Of a stretch of DNA of 14,301 bases, positions 1 through 9,523 are shown piece after piece. The notes below the pieces were generated by a model that was given only the letters and a program-made list of their open reading frames with translations, was not told the origin of the DNA and did no database searches. Origin of the DNA: Escherichia coli. GTDB lineage: Bacteria > Pseudomonadota > Gammaproteobacteria > Enterobacterales > Enterobacteriaceae. The position numbers and the translations under genes were made by a program. The DNA lies in assembly GCF_003334405.1 (NCBI RefSeq), contig NZ_QOWM01000030.1; one strand, given 5' to 3'. How positions within the stretch are numbered: position 1 is the first letter of the stretch; the number at the start of each line of letters is the position of its first letter.

Positions 1-1146
1 GCGCCAACCTGTGGCCTGTGCTGTAGCAATTTGAAGCTCACCAGATCCTACCTTTCTCCAGGTACCGGATTGGCACGAAAGTATTGCCCCTGTATTATCG
101 CGGCCTACAAGGCCGTTAGGCGAACATGATGCGCCAGCAACGGCAGTTCTTTCCAGTTGTAAGTATTCACCAGTATAAAGGCGACCATCAGCCCGAACAG
201 TACCGCCTTTCACCTGACCGCCGGTATAGATGCCCTTGTTGTTTACACTTCGAACCCATGATCCATCGGACATATAAAATCCGCCACCGTGAGTTTCATT
301 GAGCCAGCCTTTACTGTTACGAGTAATTAACCAACCATTATTACTTCTGATATCACCGCCAGCGGTGACATTTACGTCAAAGTTTCCGCTATTGCCTTTT
401 ACCTGACCGCTGAAAGTGCCATTTACACCATTCACATTGCCGCTGAAATTACCTGTCTGGGCATTTACTGCCCCAACGTTATTCAGGTTATTTGATCCCA
501 TATCAATGGCCGTGTGCATTTTGTTTAAGTCAGGGCGACCATTGACCTGGAATCTGTAAAGACGATCAGTGTCCTCAGCTGCACCACTAAGTTCATCTGT
601 CGATAACAATACGGCAATATGCCCGTTACCGCTTTTGGCACCATAATTACTTAAAGCTACTGACCAGGAACGTAATGCACCTGTGGCTGTTTTGCCGTCC
701 TGGATATATCCACCAAGACCAGTGGTAATATCCTTAGCCATCTGGATAAGTGCTTTCACTGGATAAGGGGTGCCACCACTGGATACAACCATTGCCTGTA
801 GTAATTCCGGGTTTTGGGCGTTTCGAACCACATATGCCTGTAACCGCTGCCCCTCACTGTTTGTCTCAGTAAACCCGCCGGACAAAAAGCCGGTATTTTT
901 CAGCATGGTTGTCGTGATGACGGCAGGGGTTGTTGTGGTACTACTGGTCTGGAGAGTCGTGTAGTTTTTCCCTATATAAGAGCGGGCCGCACTGGTCCAG
1001 TTGCTGACAAGACGTGCTTCAGTTTGCCACCCTTTGGTTTGAATATAGTCCTGCCATATGCCCGCTCCCCAGGCAATCAGGAGCATAACAATCAATAAAG
1101 CCGCGCCAGTTTCCAGCGATGCCCAGCCTCGGTCATATTTTTTCAT
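1..1146 (-). CDS. pilV: Type IV prepilin-like minor pilin/adhesin PilV, N-terminal constant region; 3' end lies beyond the window edge
   Basis: I translated the minus strand in this frame by hand at both ends (1146 to about 300, and 300 to 1) with no stop; the track omits it because it has no stop in-window. N-terminus MKKYDRG|[19 protein letters not shown] is a short-leader type IV prepilin signature (Gly at -1, Glu at +5, then a hydrophobic helix). The ATG at 1146-1144 overlaps the pilU stop (ATGA). Two Cys near the visible C-terminus (ASCSPNG...AILSCQSG). Last gene of a pilL-V array. Confidence 0.8.
   Translation of the reverse strand, partial: MKKYDRGWASLETGAALLIVMLLIAWGAGIWQDYIQTKGWQTEARLVSNWTSAARSYIGKNYTTLQTSSTTTTPAVITTTMLKNTGFLSGGFTETNSEGQRLQAYVVRNAQNPELLQAMVVSSGGTPYPVKALIQMAKDITTGLGGYIQDGKTATGALRSWSVALSNYGAKSGNGHIAVLLSTDELSGAAEDTDRLYRFQVNGRPDLNKMHTAIDMGSNNLNNVGAVNAQTGNFSGNVNGVNGTFSGQVKGNSGNFDVNVTAGGDIRSNNGWLITRNSKGWLNETHGGGFYMSDGSWVRSVNNKGIYTGGQVKGGTVRADGRLYTGEYLQLERTAVAGASCSPNGLVGRDNTGAILSCQSGTWRKVGSGELQIATAQATGWR
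58..76 (-). other. Candidate shufflon sfx 19-bp site-specific recombination site (minus strand GTGCCAATCCGGTACCTGG) inside the 3' part of pilV
   Basis: The exact 19-mer is read directly and encodes S-C-Q-S-G-T-W at about PilV residues 357-363. It matches my recollection of the conserved 19-bp repeat bounding invertible shufflon segments in IncI plasmids (Rci recombinase target). Only one copy is visible because the window ends 57 bp further on. Confidence 0.5.
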
Positions 1147-1802
1147 CAGATTACCCATAGTGGTTGATAAAGATTATCCAGCAGCAAAAGGACATGGCCA
1201 AAACATAGCCATGGACCCAGAGGGCCTTCTTTATGCCCTTTTATGCACCATGTTGAATGCCATAAGACAAATCCTCCTGTACCCAGCAACACACACCATA
1301 TGGCGTTATATAACCCTGACCATGCGGTAATACCTGCAATAAGCCACAGGTCTCCAGTGCCAATATTAAGACGATGGCGGTTAACTAATTTATGAAGGCA
1401 GAATAAGACAATTGCAGCAGTGGCAAATTCTGTTGTACGGAACCACCATATATCAGTCGTGATTTGTGATAGCATTCCTGCAATTAAAAAACGCCGGGTG
1501 AATGTTCCTGGTAATAAACCTGTCAGTGCATCCGTTACCGCCATTTGCAGTATGAACGAAAGAATAAGGACAGCATGAATACGGTAGAGCAGTGGTGATG
1601 ATGATAAAATAATTAACGCCACAGCTATACTGTATAGCCATATTCCTGACAGAACAGCAGGGTGTGTCTTATACCAGAGATGTCCCGTATCAGATAAAAA
1701 ATAACGAACTCTGAATAGCAGAGTTCGTCCAATAATGGAAAATGTGAACATCAATGGCAGTATATAAACAGGGGATAGACTTATGCCTACGATTGTCTGC
1801 AT
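1146..1802 (-). CDS. pilU: Prepilin peptidase (A24-type, type IV prepilin leader peptidase)
   Basis: Polytopic membrane protein with two Asp-containing motifs (AVTDALTG and IGTGDLWL) like the catalytic Asp pair of prepilin peptidases. I prefer the ATG at 1802 (218 aa), which has AGGGAGG 6 nt upstream, over the track start at 1829, which lacks a usable RBS. Either start overlaps the pilT 3' end. Confidence 0.8.
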   Translation of the reverse strand: MQTIVGISLSPVYILPLMFTFSIIGRTLLFRVRYFLSDTGHLWYKTHPAVLSGIWLYSIAVALIILSSSPLLYRIHAVLILSFILQMAVTDALTGLLPGTFTRRFLIAGMLSQITTDIWWFRTTEFATAAIVLFCLHKLVNRHRLNIGTGDLWLIAGITAWSGLYNAIWCVLLGTGGFVLWHSTWCIKGHKEGPLGPWLCFGHVLLLLDNLYQPLWVI

Positions 1803-2347
1803 TGCCTGCCTCCCTGTCCGGGAAGACATATCCCTTTCATGTCACGATAAATTCTCCATATTTTATTGGCATATTGCTCTCTTGTTTCATGTCTGTCCTT
1901 ACGGAATCCGGCATTGTATGACCCAAGGCAATTCCAGCTGACGCCACATATCTGAAAATGTCTTGCCAGTATCCAGCTTCCTATATGGATATTAAGGCAT
2001 GGTTTGGTGATTAAATCCTCAGACTTTTTTATTACGCCCATGTTTATCAGCTTTGGAATATGGGTTGAGTTTATTTGCATCAACCCATAATCCGTGCTAC
2101 TGGCTTTACCTGTTTTTTTGTCCTTATTTATATTAATTGCGCCCGGCCTCAACGAAGATTCCCCGGCAGAAATAGCCTTCAATAATAATGGTTCAATTTG
2201 ATAGCGCGCGCCGGCAGCGGCAAAGCAATTGTCCCACTTGTTGGTCCAGATCTGTTTGGGGGCTACGTATGAAGCTCGGGCGGGTGGAATAAGAGAAAAA
2301 AGCAGGATTAACAAAATAAGTCTGAGGGGTACTGTACCCCCTGACAT
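1787..2347 (-). CDS. pilT: Secreted lytic transglycosylase (SLT domain)
   Basis: N-terminal signal peptide (MSGGTVPLRLILLILLFSLIPPARA), catalytic-type AGESS motif and DYGLMQIN motif characteristic of SLT lytic transglycosylases. AGGAG RBS 6 nt upstream of the ATG at 2347. Confidence 0.8.
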   Translation of the reverse strand: MSGGTVPLRLILLILLFSLIPPARASYVAPKQIWTNKWDNCFAAAGARYQIEPLLLKAISAGESSLRPGAININKDKKTGKASSTDYGLMQINSTHIPKLINMGVIKKSEDLITKPCLNIHIGSWILARHFQICGVSWNCLGSYNAGFRKDRHETREQYANKIWRIYRDMKGICLPGQGGRQCRQS

Positions 2348-2356
2348 TAAAACTCC

Positions 2357-2971
2357 TTAACCATTGATGGTGAAGATAAGTTTGTTTGTACCAGTGCTGC
2401 CATTATCTGCCTTGCATTGCGTACTGGCTTCTTCAGTAGTGACTTTTCCATCACTGTGAGCAGTACTGTTCAGGGTAATGCCGTTAGTTAAACCAGTTTT
2501 ACTGATCCGTGTGGCAATCTGGATACAGGCATCCTGTGGGACTTTATCATAGGTAACGGTAAAACCGTTGTTGAACCCTGATGTTGAAGCCGGGGCAACA
2601 GTTACAGCACCGCCCCATGCGTTATAGAGCGTTGCTGTACCAGATGTTTTGTCGCCCTGTACTGTCATCCCAGAGGGAACGGCCCCCATCTGAATGAGGG
2701 CACCTGTCATTTTGGCACTGCTGGTAAATGTATATCCATCGCTACCTTTTAGCAGGCTCTGGGCACTTGTGATAATTGTTTGTATATTTGCGGTTTCAGT
2801 TGCCACATTGGTTCTTGTACGTAACGCATACAAACTACCCAGAACAACGACTATAACAAAAAGAACAACGAGCGCTATTGTTCCCTGCTCCAAAATTCCC
2901 CATCCTTTATCATGAGGCTCATTCTTCTTATTATTTCCAGTTAAAGTGGCATTAATATTTTCTACTAACAT
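2357..2971 (-). CDS. pilS: Type IVb major prepilin with long leader peptide
   Basis: 23-aa hydrophilic leader ending DKG, then W-G-I-L-E (Glu at +5) and a hydrophobic helix TIALVVLFVIVVVLGSLYAL; two C-terminal Cys (QDACIQ...STQCKADNG) typical of a pilin disulfide loop. GAGGA RBS 5 nt upstream. Confidence 0.8.
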   Translation of the reverse strand: MLVENINATLTGNNKKNEPHDKGWGILEQGTIALVVLFVIVVVLGSLYALRTRTNVATETANIQTIITSAQSLLKGSDGYTFTSSAKMTGALIQMGAVPSGMTVQGDKTSGTATLYNAWGGAVTVAPASTSGFNNGFTVTYDKVPQDACIQIATRISKTGLTNGITLNSTAHSDGKVTTEEASTQCKADNGSTGTNKLIFTING

Positions 2972-2988
2972 AAATATCCTCGTTTTGT

Positions 2989-4086
2989 TTAAAAGTTACC
3001 CATGCTGTTGTCACTAATAGACTGAATATCCATAATGGCAAAAACCAGTAACATGAGAGACATGACAAGAAATATCAGCATAATTAAACGAATCACGTTT
3101 GCCCGTTTCTTTACACGTTGAAGTGTTTGACTAAGCCATCGTTGACCATAATTGCTGATTAGCTCTGTTGCGCCATCTCCCTGTAATAAAGACAGGAAGT
3201 TGGCTGCTTCCCTGGATGGGAACTGATAACCGCACTGACGCAAAGCCAGTCCAAGATGATCCCCCTGGCGGACGCGGTAAATAATGCTGTCAAGACGCGT
3301 GCTTAACCATGGTGATGCAAACTCCTGAAGAATGTTTAGTGAGTTGAGCGTCGTCATTTTGGCTTTCAGAAGTGCAGCCATATTCAGGAGAAATGTTGCT
3401 CCCTGTATATCCTGATAAATACTCCATGGCATTATCTTGTCGGCAAAAGTACGAACACTGTCAGGGCTTTTCCAGTTTGGCAGAGACCATGATATTAAAC
3501 CTGTGATCACTGCAAAAAGAACGGCACATATAGCGCCGTAATTATCGACAAAAACAGATAATCCATAAAGAAAACCAAGAGCACCACTCCATGAATCGGG
3601 GGAACTTATTTTGCTCAGTTCAGGTATTAGCTCTGTATTCAGAACATATAATGTCCCCGTCATCATGATTAACAATCCCACCGGATAAATAGCCATTTGC
3701 CATATAGCCTGATGGATTTGTTCTTTTGCATCTGTAAGAGTGGTGGCGAATTGCAGTGCATCCACAATTGAACCACTTCTTATCCCGGCGCTGATTACTG
3801 CGGCCTCTTCCTGAGGAACCCATAAACTAAGAGTATATTCCAGAGAGTTTTCGCCACTGTTTTCACGAAGAGACTCAATGCAGTCTGTGGCCAGTTCAGC
3901 AAAGGGATGCCATTTTCGTCCAAAGTCTGTCCAGGCATCCCGCATCTGTTCCAGTGCGGTCTTTAATGGCTGTTTATTTTCCAGCAGAAAACGCAGGGCT
4001 TCGTAAAACTGCACCCTGTAGGGGGCGCTGAACGTTTTTCTGACAATGAAACGCCTCAGCCGTTGACTGAAATTCATTTCACGCAT
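2989..4086 (-). CDS. pilR: Inner-membrane platform protein of type IV pilus/T2SS (GspF/PilC family)
   Basis: 365-aa polytopic membrane protein located directly downstream of the GspE-like ATPase, as in type IV pilus operons. Family assignment rests on position, size and hydropathy rather than a sharp motif. Confidence 0.75.
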   Translation of the reverse strand: MREMNFSQRLRRFIVRKTFSAPYRVQFYEALRFLLENKQPLKTALEQMRDAWTDFGRKWHPFAELATDCIESLRENSGENSLEYTLSLWVPQEEAAVISAGIRSGSIVDALQFATTLTDAKEQIHQAIWQMAIYPVGLLIMMTGTLYVLNTELIPELSKISSPDSWSGALGFLYGLSVFVDNYGAICAVLFAVITGLISWSLPNWKSPDSVRTFADKIMPWSIYQDIQGATFLLNMAALLKAKMTTLNSLNILQEFASPWLSTRLDSIIYRVRQGDHLGLALRQCGYQFPSREAANFLSLLQGDGATELISNYGQRWLSQTLQRVKKRANVIRLIMLIFLVMSLMLLVFAIMDIQSISDNSMGNF

Positions 4087-4098
4087 GTTGTTCTCCTG

Positions 4099-5652
4099 TT
4101 AGACATCATCGATGCTGAGGCGCTCGTCTTCGTCCAGAGGGATGATTCTGTCGGCTTCAAGAGGGTCTACCAGACCTTCATTGATACGGCGAAGAAGATG
4201 CTCTACACGACTGATGCCTTTCATGTTTTCCAGCCAGTATTTACGTGCTGCAACTTTGCCGCGTGTTTTCAGAATCTGAAATAAGCGGTTATCAGGTTCT
4301 ATCACCTCAGCAATTACAGTCCTGCCGGTGAGGCCTTTACCTATTTCACCGCGCTTTCTGCCGTTAATGATTACGTCGTGATTACATTCAGAGCATCCGT
4401 GAGGATTTCGGAACCAGATATTATCTGTACTGCAGAGTGAATCTTTATTGCAGTGCCGCTCAAGGTAATCACGCTCGTCGTCGCTAAGTTCAGGTGCTCG
4501 CGTTTCCCATGGAATACGGCAGGAGGGACACAGAGTTGGTACAAGGCGCTGGCTGATCATCCCAATCAGTAATTGCGCATCGCAAATAAGATCGGCATTC
4601 ATACCCATCGTAATCATCCGCTCCGGTATACCCAGAGCTGAGTTTGTATGTAATGTCGTCAGAACTATGTGCCCGGTCTGTGCCGCGTAGGTGGTTGACA
4701 TCATCGAGATAAGATCGCGCATTTCCCCTTCCATGATGGCATCAGGGTCAAGTCGCATTGCCGATGAAATAGCCCGACTCCATGCCAGTTTGACGGCATC
4801 TTCGTCGGATTTGTCGCAGATAATCGGAGTCTGTGTTGCTCCCAGTATCTGTCCTTCCAGCGGATCTTCGATTGTTAGCAGGTGTCGCCCCTGATTATCG
4901 TCAAGATATACACGGCAGGCGCTGCGTAACGTTGTCGATTTACCGGAACCGGTTGGACCTGACAGGACTATTTTTCCTTCCGGGCGGCGCAGCATTATGT
5001 TCAGCAACCGGATTTGTTCCGGGATAAAGCCCAGTTGTTTAAACGTGGGAACTTTATCTCCGTCATCGGGTATCAGGCGCATAACTGCAATCAGACCGTC
5101 TCCCGTAGGTCTGTGACTGTAGCGTGCACCAAATATTCCTATTTTTCGCATTAATTGTGGGGACAGGCGCGCATCCTGTTCCCTTTGAGGGAAGAAACTG
5201 GTTTCAGTGACATCAGCCATTGACAGAATGGCTGTTGCGCAAAGTGAATAGCCCAGTGCTGGTTGATCTTCATCTACAGTCTGCAGTTCACCGAATATTC
5301 TCATGCGAACTTTGAAAATAGACTCAGAAATTAAAAAATGAATATCTGAAGCACCAAGTTTTCTGGCCGTTTCAAAATAAGATAGAACTTTCTTCTCACT
5401 TTCACTGACATCAGCAAGATCTTTCAGATGAATAATTCGTTCTTTCGGGCCTCTGTTTTTTTCATCCTGACCTGCTTCCTGTAACTCCGACAACGAGACT
5501 ACTTTTGGGTTGATGCCCGGATATAATTTTAGCAGTTCCTGGAGATTACTTTGTACGTCAGGCCTTGTCCGCTGGTTTGTTTCTATAAGAATTTCATGGG
5601 TGTCTCCCCGGGATATAAAAAGGAGAGCATCCTTCAGATTATATTTATCCAT
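4099..5652 (-). CDS. pilQ: Type IV pilus assembly ATPase (GspE/PilB family secretion NTPase)
   Basis: Walker A LSGPTGSGKSTTL, His-box-like TLHTNSALG, and a tetracysteine motif CPSC...CSEC typical of GspE-family ATPases; 517 aa. Confidence 0.85.
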   Translation of the reverse strand: MDKYNLKDALLFISRGDTHEILIETNQRTRPDVQSNLQELLKLYPGINPKVVSLSELQEAGQDEKNRGPKERIIHLKDLADVSESEKKVLSYFETARKLGASDIHFLISESIFKVRMRIFGELQTVDEDQPALGYSLCATAILSMADVTETSFFPQREQDARLSPQLMRKIGIFGARYSHRPTGDGLIAVMRLIPDDGDKVPTFKQLGFIPEQIRLLNIMLRRPEGKIVLSGPTGSGKSTTLRSACRVYLDDNQGRHLLTIEDPLEGQILGATQTPIICDKSDEDAVKLAWSRAISSAMRLDPDAIMEGEMRDLISMMSTTYAAQTGHIVLTTLHTNSALGIPERMITMGMNADLICDAQLLIGMISQRLVPTLCPSCRIPWETRAPELSDDERDYLERHCNKDSLCSTDNIWFRNPHGCSECNHDVIINGRKRGEIGKGLTGRTVIAEVIEPDNRLFQILKTRGKVAARKYWLENMKGISRVEHLLRRINEGLVDPLEADRIIPLDEDERLSIDDV

Positions 5653-5662
5653 ATCACGTTAC

Positions 5663-6115
5663 TCAGAAAGTAAGGGTAGTGCCATCACTTAACGTGACGC
5701 CAGACAATGAGATCGACTTCACCGTGACGGATGTACCTGGAAGCTGGCTGCCAGTGGTGACGCTTGTCTGACGTCCATCAGCCATGCGAAGAACGGCATG
5801 AAGACGTTTATCTTTGCCGTTTATTTCCATAATGATGGGCAATTCTTTTCTGTTTTTCGGTGCCGTTTTCTCTGAAACTGATGGCAAGGGGGCGGTCACA
5901 CCAGAGAAACCTGAAACAGTTTCAGATGATGAAGTAACATCTGATTCTTCAAGTTGTTTCTGTAACTGTGCACCCTGAACTTTTGCCTGTAAAAGAATAT
6001 TCCGGTTTTGTTGTGCTTCAAGTTCTCCTATTGTGACAAGAGGTTGTGTTGTGGCAAATGAAAAACCAGAGAAGAAAAATATGGAAGGAATAATGAGTAA
6101 TTTACTTGGACGCAT
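5663..6115 (-). CDS. pilP: Pilus assembly protein PilP (secreted/periplasmic, function unknown)
   Basis: 150-aa ORF with N-terminal signal peptide (MRPSKLLIIPSIFFFSGFSFA); its start overlaps the pilO 3' end by 14 nt; position in the operon. Confidence 0.65.
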   Translation of the reverse strand: MRPSKLLIIPSIFFFSGFSFATTQPLVTIGELEAQQNRNILLQAKVQGAQLQKQLEESDVTSSSETVSGFSGVTAPLPSVSEKTAPKNRKELPIIMEINGKDKRLHAVLRMADGRQTSVTTGSQLPGTSVTVKSISLSGVTLSDGTTLTF

Positions 6116-7397
6116 ATATATGACCTTCTGAGGAATAACTGAAAGTACCGCCGTTTAATTCAAAATGGATATTGCTCAGACGGACGCCGGTATCCTGAAG
6201 TAAAGGGAAAAATTCATCAGGATTTACAGGAGTTGATAAACTGAACTGATATTCTTTCCATTTCTGAACAGGGGCTGGTTCACCATCGTTGCCTGGTAAT
6301 GGCTCCGGTATGGCTATTTCATTAATGGCCGGTGTTAACTGTTTTTTCTGAAACCACGTGAACACCCGCATCAGTTGTTCTGAGGGGGCCGGGACAGCCT
6401 CGTCCCTGCCGGGCAGGGACGGCAGTGGACGGGTTACAGAAACCTGGCGTGCACCATCTTTAAGGTTAAAGTCAGGAATAACACCAAAGATTTCTTTACT
6501 TCTTGCCAGAAAACCCTCAATGGTTCCTCCAGGCTGTCGTTCGTAAATCAGTGTGAATGTCTCAGGAGTACATGTTCCACCGGTAAGTTTCCAGCCTTCC
6601 AGTGCGACCGGTGACGGTTTTCGAAGGTCCGCGCAGGCTTTCAGAAAATCACTGATTACAGGTTGTGATGCCCATGGATGCGGGAGTTCTGGCGGTGGAT
6701 CGGGCTTTTTAAACTGCAATCTTGCCCGTGCAGCTATCTCCTCGGGCGTCGGTACGACATCCGGCTCTGGCTGAGTCATCCAGAATACAGTGCCTGCGCC
6801 GGCTGCTACTAAAAACAGTACGGCAGGCAGTGTGAATTTGCTGCGATTGCCGACAGTAAGTTTGCAACGGCGGAGATCTGCTGATGATAACCGGGTAATA
6901 ATACTTTCCCAGTTATCAGGATGTTCCAGAGACGATACAACCTGCCATTTTTCGGGGGGCTCTTCGTTCATCGCCAGAAAAAGGCTGACCTTTTGGGCAA
7001 CGTCGGCATCATTTCCTGATAAGTCAGCCATAACGGCAGGCTGGCCATTAATGGAAGCAAGGAATAAGAGCTCCTTATCGCTGTACCGGAAGACACCGTA
7101 TCCATTTCTGACCCATGAGCAGAAAGCCAGTGCCAGGGAAAAATAATGATTGCGTTCTGGCCTGGTCAGTATTCCTGTGCCGGTAAGGCGGCTGATCTTT
7201 CCACGGGAATTTCTGCTGCCTACAGTCACTTTCAGGGAGGTAAGCCGTCTGGGTTTTACATGAGACTTGTGTTTATGATGTGAGGGGACGCGCTGTTTTT
7301 TTACGACAGGAGTCCATTTAAGACAGGCAGCCCACACGCGATGATTTACTTTAGGATCTGCGAGAAGCACTACCGGGTTGATATCTTCATCAGCCAT
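6102..7397 (-). CDS. pilO: Pilus assembly protein PilO (function unknown)
   Basis: 431-aa ORF with AGGAGG RBS 6 nt upstream of the ATG at 7397; start overlaps the pilN stop by 8 nt; one internal hydrophobic segment (LPAVLFLVAAGAGTVFWM). Assignment by operon position and size. Confidence 0.7.
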   Translation of the reverse strand: MADEDINPVVLLADPKVNHRVWAACLKWTPVVKKQRVPSHHKHKSHVKPRRLTSLKVTVGSRNSRGKISRLTGTGILTRPERNHYFSLALAFCSWVRNGYGVFRYSDKELLFLASINGQPAVMADLSGNDADVAQKVSLFLAMNEEPPEKWQVVSSLEHPDNWESIITRLSSADLRRCKLTVGNRSKFTLPAVLFLVAAGAGTVFWMTQPEPDVVPTPEEIAARARLQFKKPDPPPELPHPWASQPVISDFLKACADLRKPSPVALEGWKLTGGTCTPETFTLIYERQPGGTIEGFLARSKEIFGVIPDFNLKDGARQVSVTRPLPSLPGRDEAVPAPSEQLMRVFTWFQKKQLTPAINEIAIPEPLPGNDGEPAPVQKWKEYQFSLSTPVNPDEFFPLLQDTGVRLSNIHFELNGGTFSYSSEGHIYASK

Positions 7398-9072
7398 TAT
7401 TGCCTCCTGACGGGAAAGTCGGGGTAATGATGATCACAAGTGTGCTGCGTTCATTTTTCCCGGTTTGTGAACCACCAAATAATGGATTTGCTGGCGTAAA
7501 CGTACCGGCTTTACTTGTCGTCGTATTGTTCTGATCGAAACCAGTAACGACAAGTGATTGCCCTTCTTTCAGATTGACCTTCTGGCTCAGTGAACGCAGT
7601 TTGGTATATGGCATTTCGATGTAACTGTTTCCGTCTTTTGACGTAAAGCTACGGATAGTTGGGGGATCAGACAGATTAAAGTTCATCTGCAACTGGAGAT
7701 TGCCTGTTTTCTGAATTAAAGGCAGCAGGGTCATATTGAATCCAGTGGTGATCATGCCCGGTGTTAATGTTGTTGTTGCTCCTACATCCGTAGTCGTAGT
7801 TGTTGCTGACTGGGCGACGTAAACTGTCTGATCTGCCATCTGGATAGGTACCGGCGTCAGGTTTGTGACAGTGCTTTCTTGTGAAGTTACAACGCTGACA
7901 TCGCCCTGTTCACTCAGTGCTTTAATCAGAAGGCTGGAACCGCTGAATTTGGCGGCATTCCCTGTTGCCGTATCCAGAATTGATACGCCTGCAGATGTAG
8001 CGCCTGTAAAATCTCCGCTTGCATTGTTCAACGTTGCTCCGGCGGAATGTAGCGATTTGTAAACAAGGTTCCAGTCCAGACCGAACTGCTCGTTTCTGGT
8101 ATTGCTGACGCTCAGAACCTGTACGTTCAGGGCTACCTGGCGGTTCATAATACTGTTTTGTTCGTCCACATATCGTGCGACGGCTTCCTGGACAGCAGGA
8201 GTATCAGTGACTGTCAGCGTTGAGCTCGATGCAGATAACCAGTAACGGCCTTTTTCTGGTGTCAGCATCGCTTCAATAGTTTTCCGGATGTCTTCATACA
8301 GGTCGTATTCCTGACCGACGGTTGTGCTCTGAGAGGACGTAGCATCACCGGATGCTGAGTTATCCTGGCCTCCTGTTGCCCCCATTGTGCTTGTTGAGCC
8401 AGAGCTGACGCTGGAACTGCTGCTGGTTTTGGTGTTCAGCATATGAAGTGGATACGTTCTGGTTTCAGTCAGATAGAATACAATCCGACCATTATCCATG
8501 CGCCAGTACAGACCGCTTCGGCTGGCCATCAGATCCAGAAGACCATTGATATCTCCCTGCCACATGAGGTTATTCAGCGTTAATGGCTGAGTGGAGGTAG
8601 TCATTGTTGTGCTGCCCAGGCTGCTTAACGGCAGACGACCATTTTCATCAGGTGCTGGTAGTGTCCCAGTCATCTGGCGGGTAGCGCCTCCTTCAAGAGT
8701 TGAATTGGCTGCGTCAGGGGTGATGATTACGGGGATGCCGCATACGGCAGTAATACGTTGCCCCAGTTCCTGTAGAGTGATCTCTCCTTTTCTTGCCTGC
8801 GTGATGTAGCAGGCCGGAGCTGTTTGTTTTTTCTCTCTTGATACCTGAGCGACCGGAACGGGGTTTATCCATTGATTATCGAGCCAGGTAAGAGCCTGTG
8901 ATTTGCGGGCAGAAAGGGCTGATACCTTTTCCCGTGCATGTGCTGAGTCTTCCTGTGCTTTTTTCTGCATTTTATTGATTTCGCTGAAAGTACATCCGGA
9001 GATGGAAAGAGCGACGGCGATCATGCAGGGGAGCACCGCCAGCTTCATTGAACGCTGGTGTGATTTTTTCAT
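7390..9072 (-). CDS. pilN: Secretin-family outer-membrane lipoprotein
   Basis: Lipoprotein signal with lipobox (AVALSISGC), C-terminal secretin-like region (...SLVVTGFDQNNTTTSKAGTFTPANPLFGGSQTGKNERSTLVIIITPT) and an internal Ser/Thr-rich linker; 560 aa. Start could alternatively be the internal Met at 9048. Confidence 0.75.
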   Translation of the reverse strand: MKKSHQRSMKLAVLPCMIAVALSISGCTFSEINKMQKKAQEDSAHAREKVSALSARKSQALTWLDNQWINPVPVAQVSREKKQTAPACYITQARKGEITLQELGQRITAVCGIPVIITPDAANSTLEGGATRQMTGTLPAPDENGRLPLSSLGSTTMTTSTQPLTLNNLMWQGDINGLLDLMASRSGLYWRMDNGRIVFYLTETRTYPLHMLNTKTSSSSSVSSGSTSTMGATGGQDNSASGDATSSQSTTVGQEYDLYEDIRKTIEAMLTPEKGRYWLSASSSTLTVTDTPAVQEAVARYVDEQNSIMNRQVALNVQVLSVSNTRNEQFGLDWNLVYKSLHSAGATLNNASGDFTGATSAGVSILDTATGNAAKFSGSSLLIKALSEQGDVSVVTSQESTVTNLTPVPIQMADQTVYVAQSATTTTTDVGATTTLTPGMITTGFNMTLLPLIQKTGNLQLQMNFNLSDPPTIRSFTSKDGNSYIEMPYTKLRSLSQKVNLKEGQSLVVTGFDQNNTTTSKAGTFTPANPLFGGSQTGKNERSTLVIIITPTFPSGGNNG

Positions 9073-9085
9073 GAATATATCCAGA

Positions 9086-9523
9086 TTAGTTAACGTAGAC
9101 GACAGAACCAGCAGTAATGCCTGCCGGGGGTGTCAGACCGGTTGCAGTTCCTGATAGCCAGGTGAGTTGCCCGTTTTGGAAGATCCCTATTAGTGCAGAA
9201 CCACGACTTTTTGAACGCAAAGTTTCAACAAGTCCTGGTTGTTCAGGCATCCATACCCACAGACGTCCCTGTTGTAACTGATGTTTAATTCGGGAGTCCG
9301 GAGTGACAGGGAGAGCCAGTTTATCTGAAGAAATTACTCCGTCCTGCTGGCCTGATACGTATCTGATATCATTGATTCTGTTAGCAATCATTAGTATCTG
9401 ACTTGCCCATACAGACGCACTTGCATATTGCTGGGCGTTCGTGGTTTCAGACATCTGCTGATTCTGGTAGCTTCCAGTGATAATCAGAATGGTCAGGCCG
9501 ACGGCCATGACCAGCCATCCCAT
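9086..9523 (-). CDS. pilM: Pilus assembly protein PilM (small membrane-anchored protein)
   Basis: 145-aa ORF with an N-terminal transmembrane segment (MGWLVMAVGLTILIITG); its start codon overlaps the pilL stop (TAATG at 9521-9525). Confidence 0.65.
   Translation of the reverse strand: MGWLVMAVGLTILIITGSYQNQQMSETTNAQQYASASVWASQILMIANRINDIRYVSGQQDGVISSDKLALPVTPDSRIKHQLQQGRLWVWMPEQPGLVETLRSKSRGSALIGIFQNGQLTWLSGTATGLTPPAGITAGSVVYVN

Noticed and set aside
1453-1641. 62-aa minus-strand ORF nested in pilU in another frame, and 3620..3823 nested in pilR
   Set aside because: Alternative-frame ORFs inside strongly supported genes; no independent evidence.
6358-7146. Plus-strand ORFs antisense to pilO (6358..6546, 6553..6774, 6790..7146), and similar plus-strand ORFs elsewhere (770..964, 1058..1330, 2694..2915, 4063..4284, 7865..8062, 8591..9154, 9839..10132)
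   Set aside because: All lie entirely inside well-supported minus-strand genes, have no RBS or motif, and give compositionally odd translations; they are most likely antisense artefacts.
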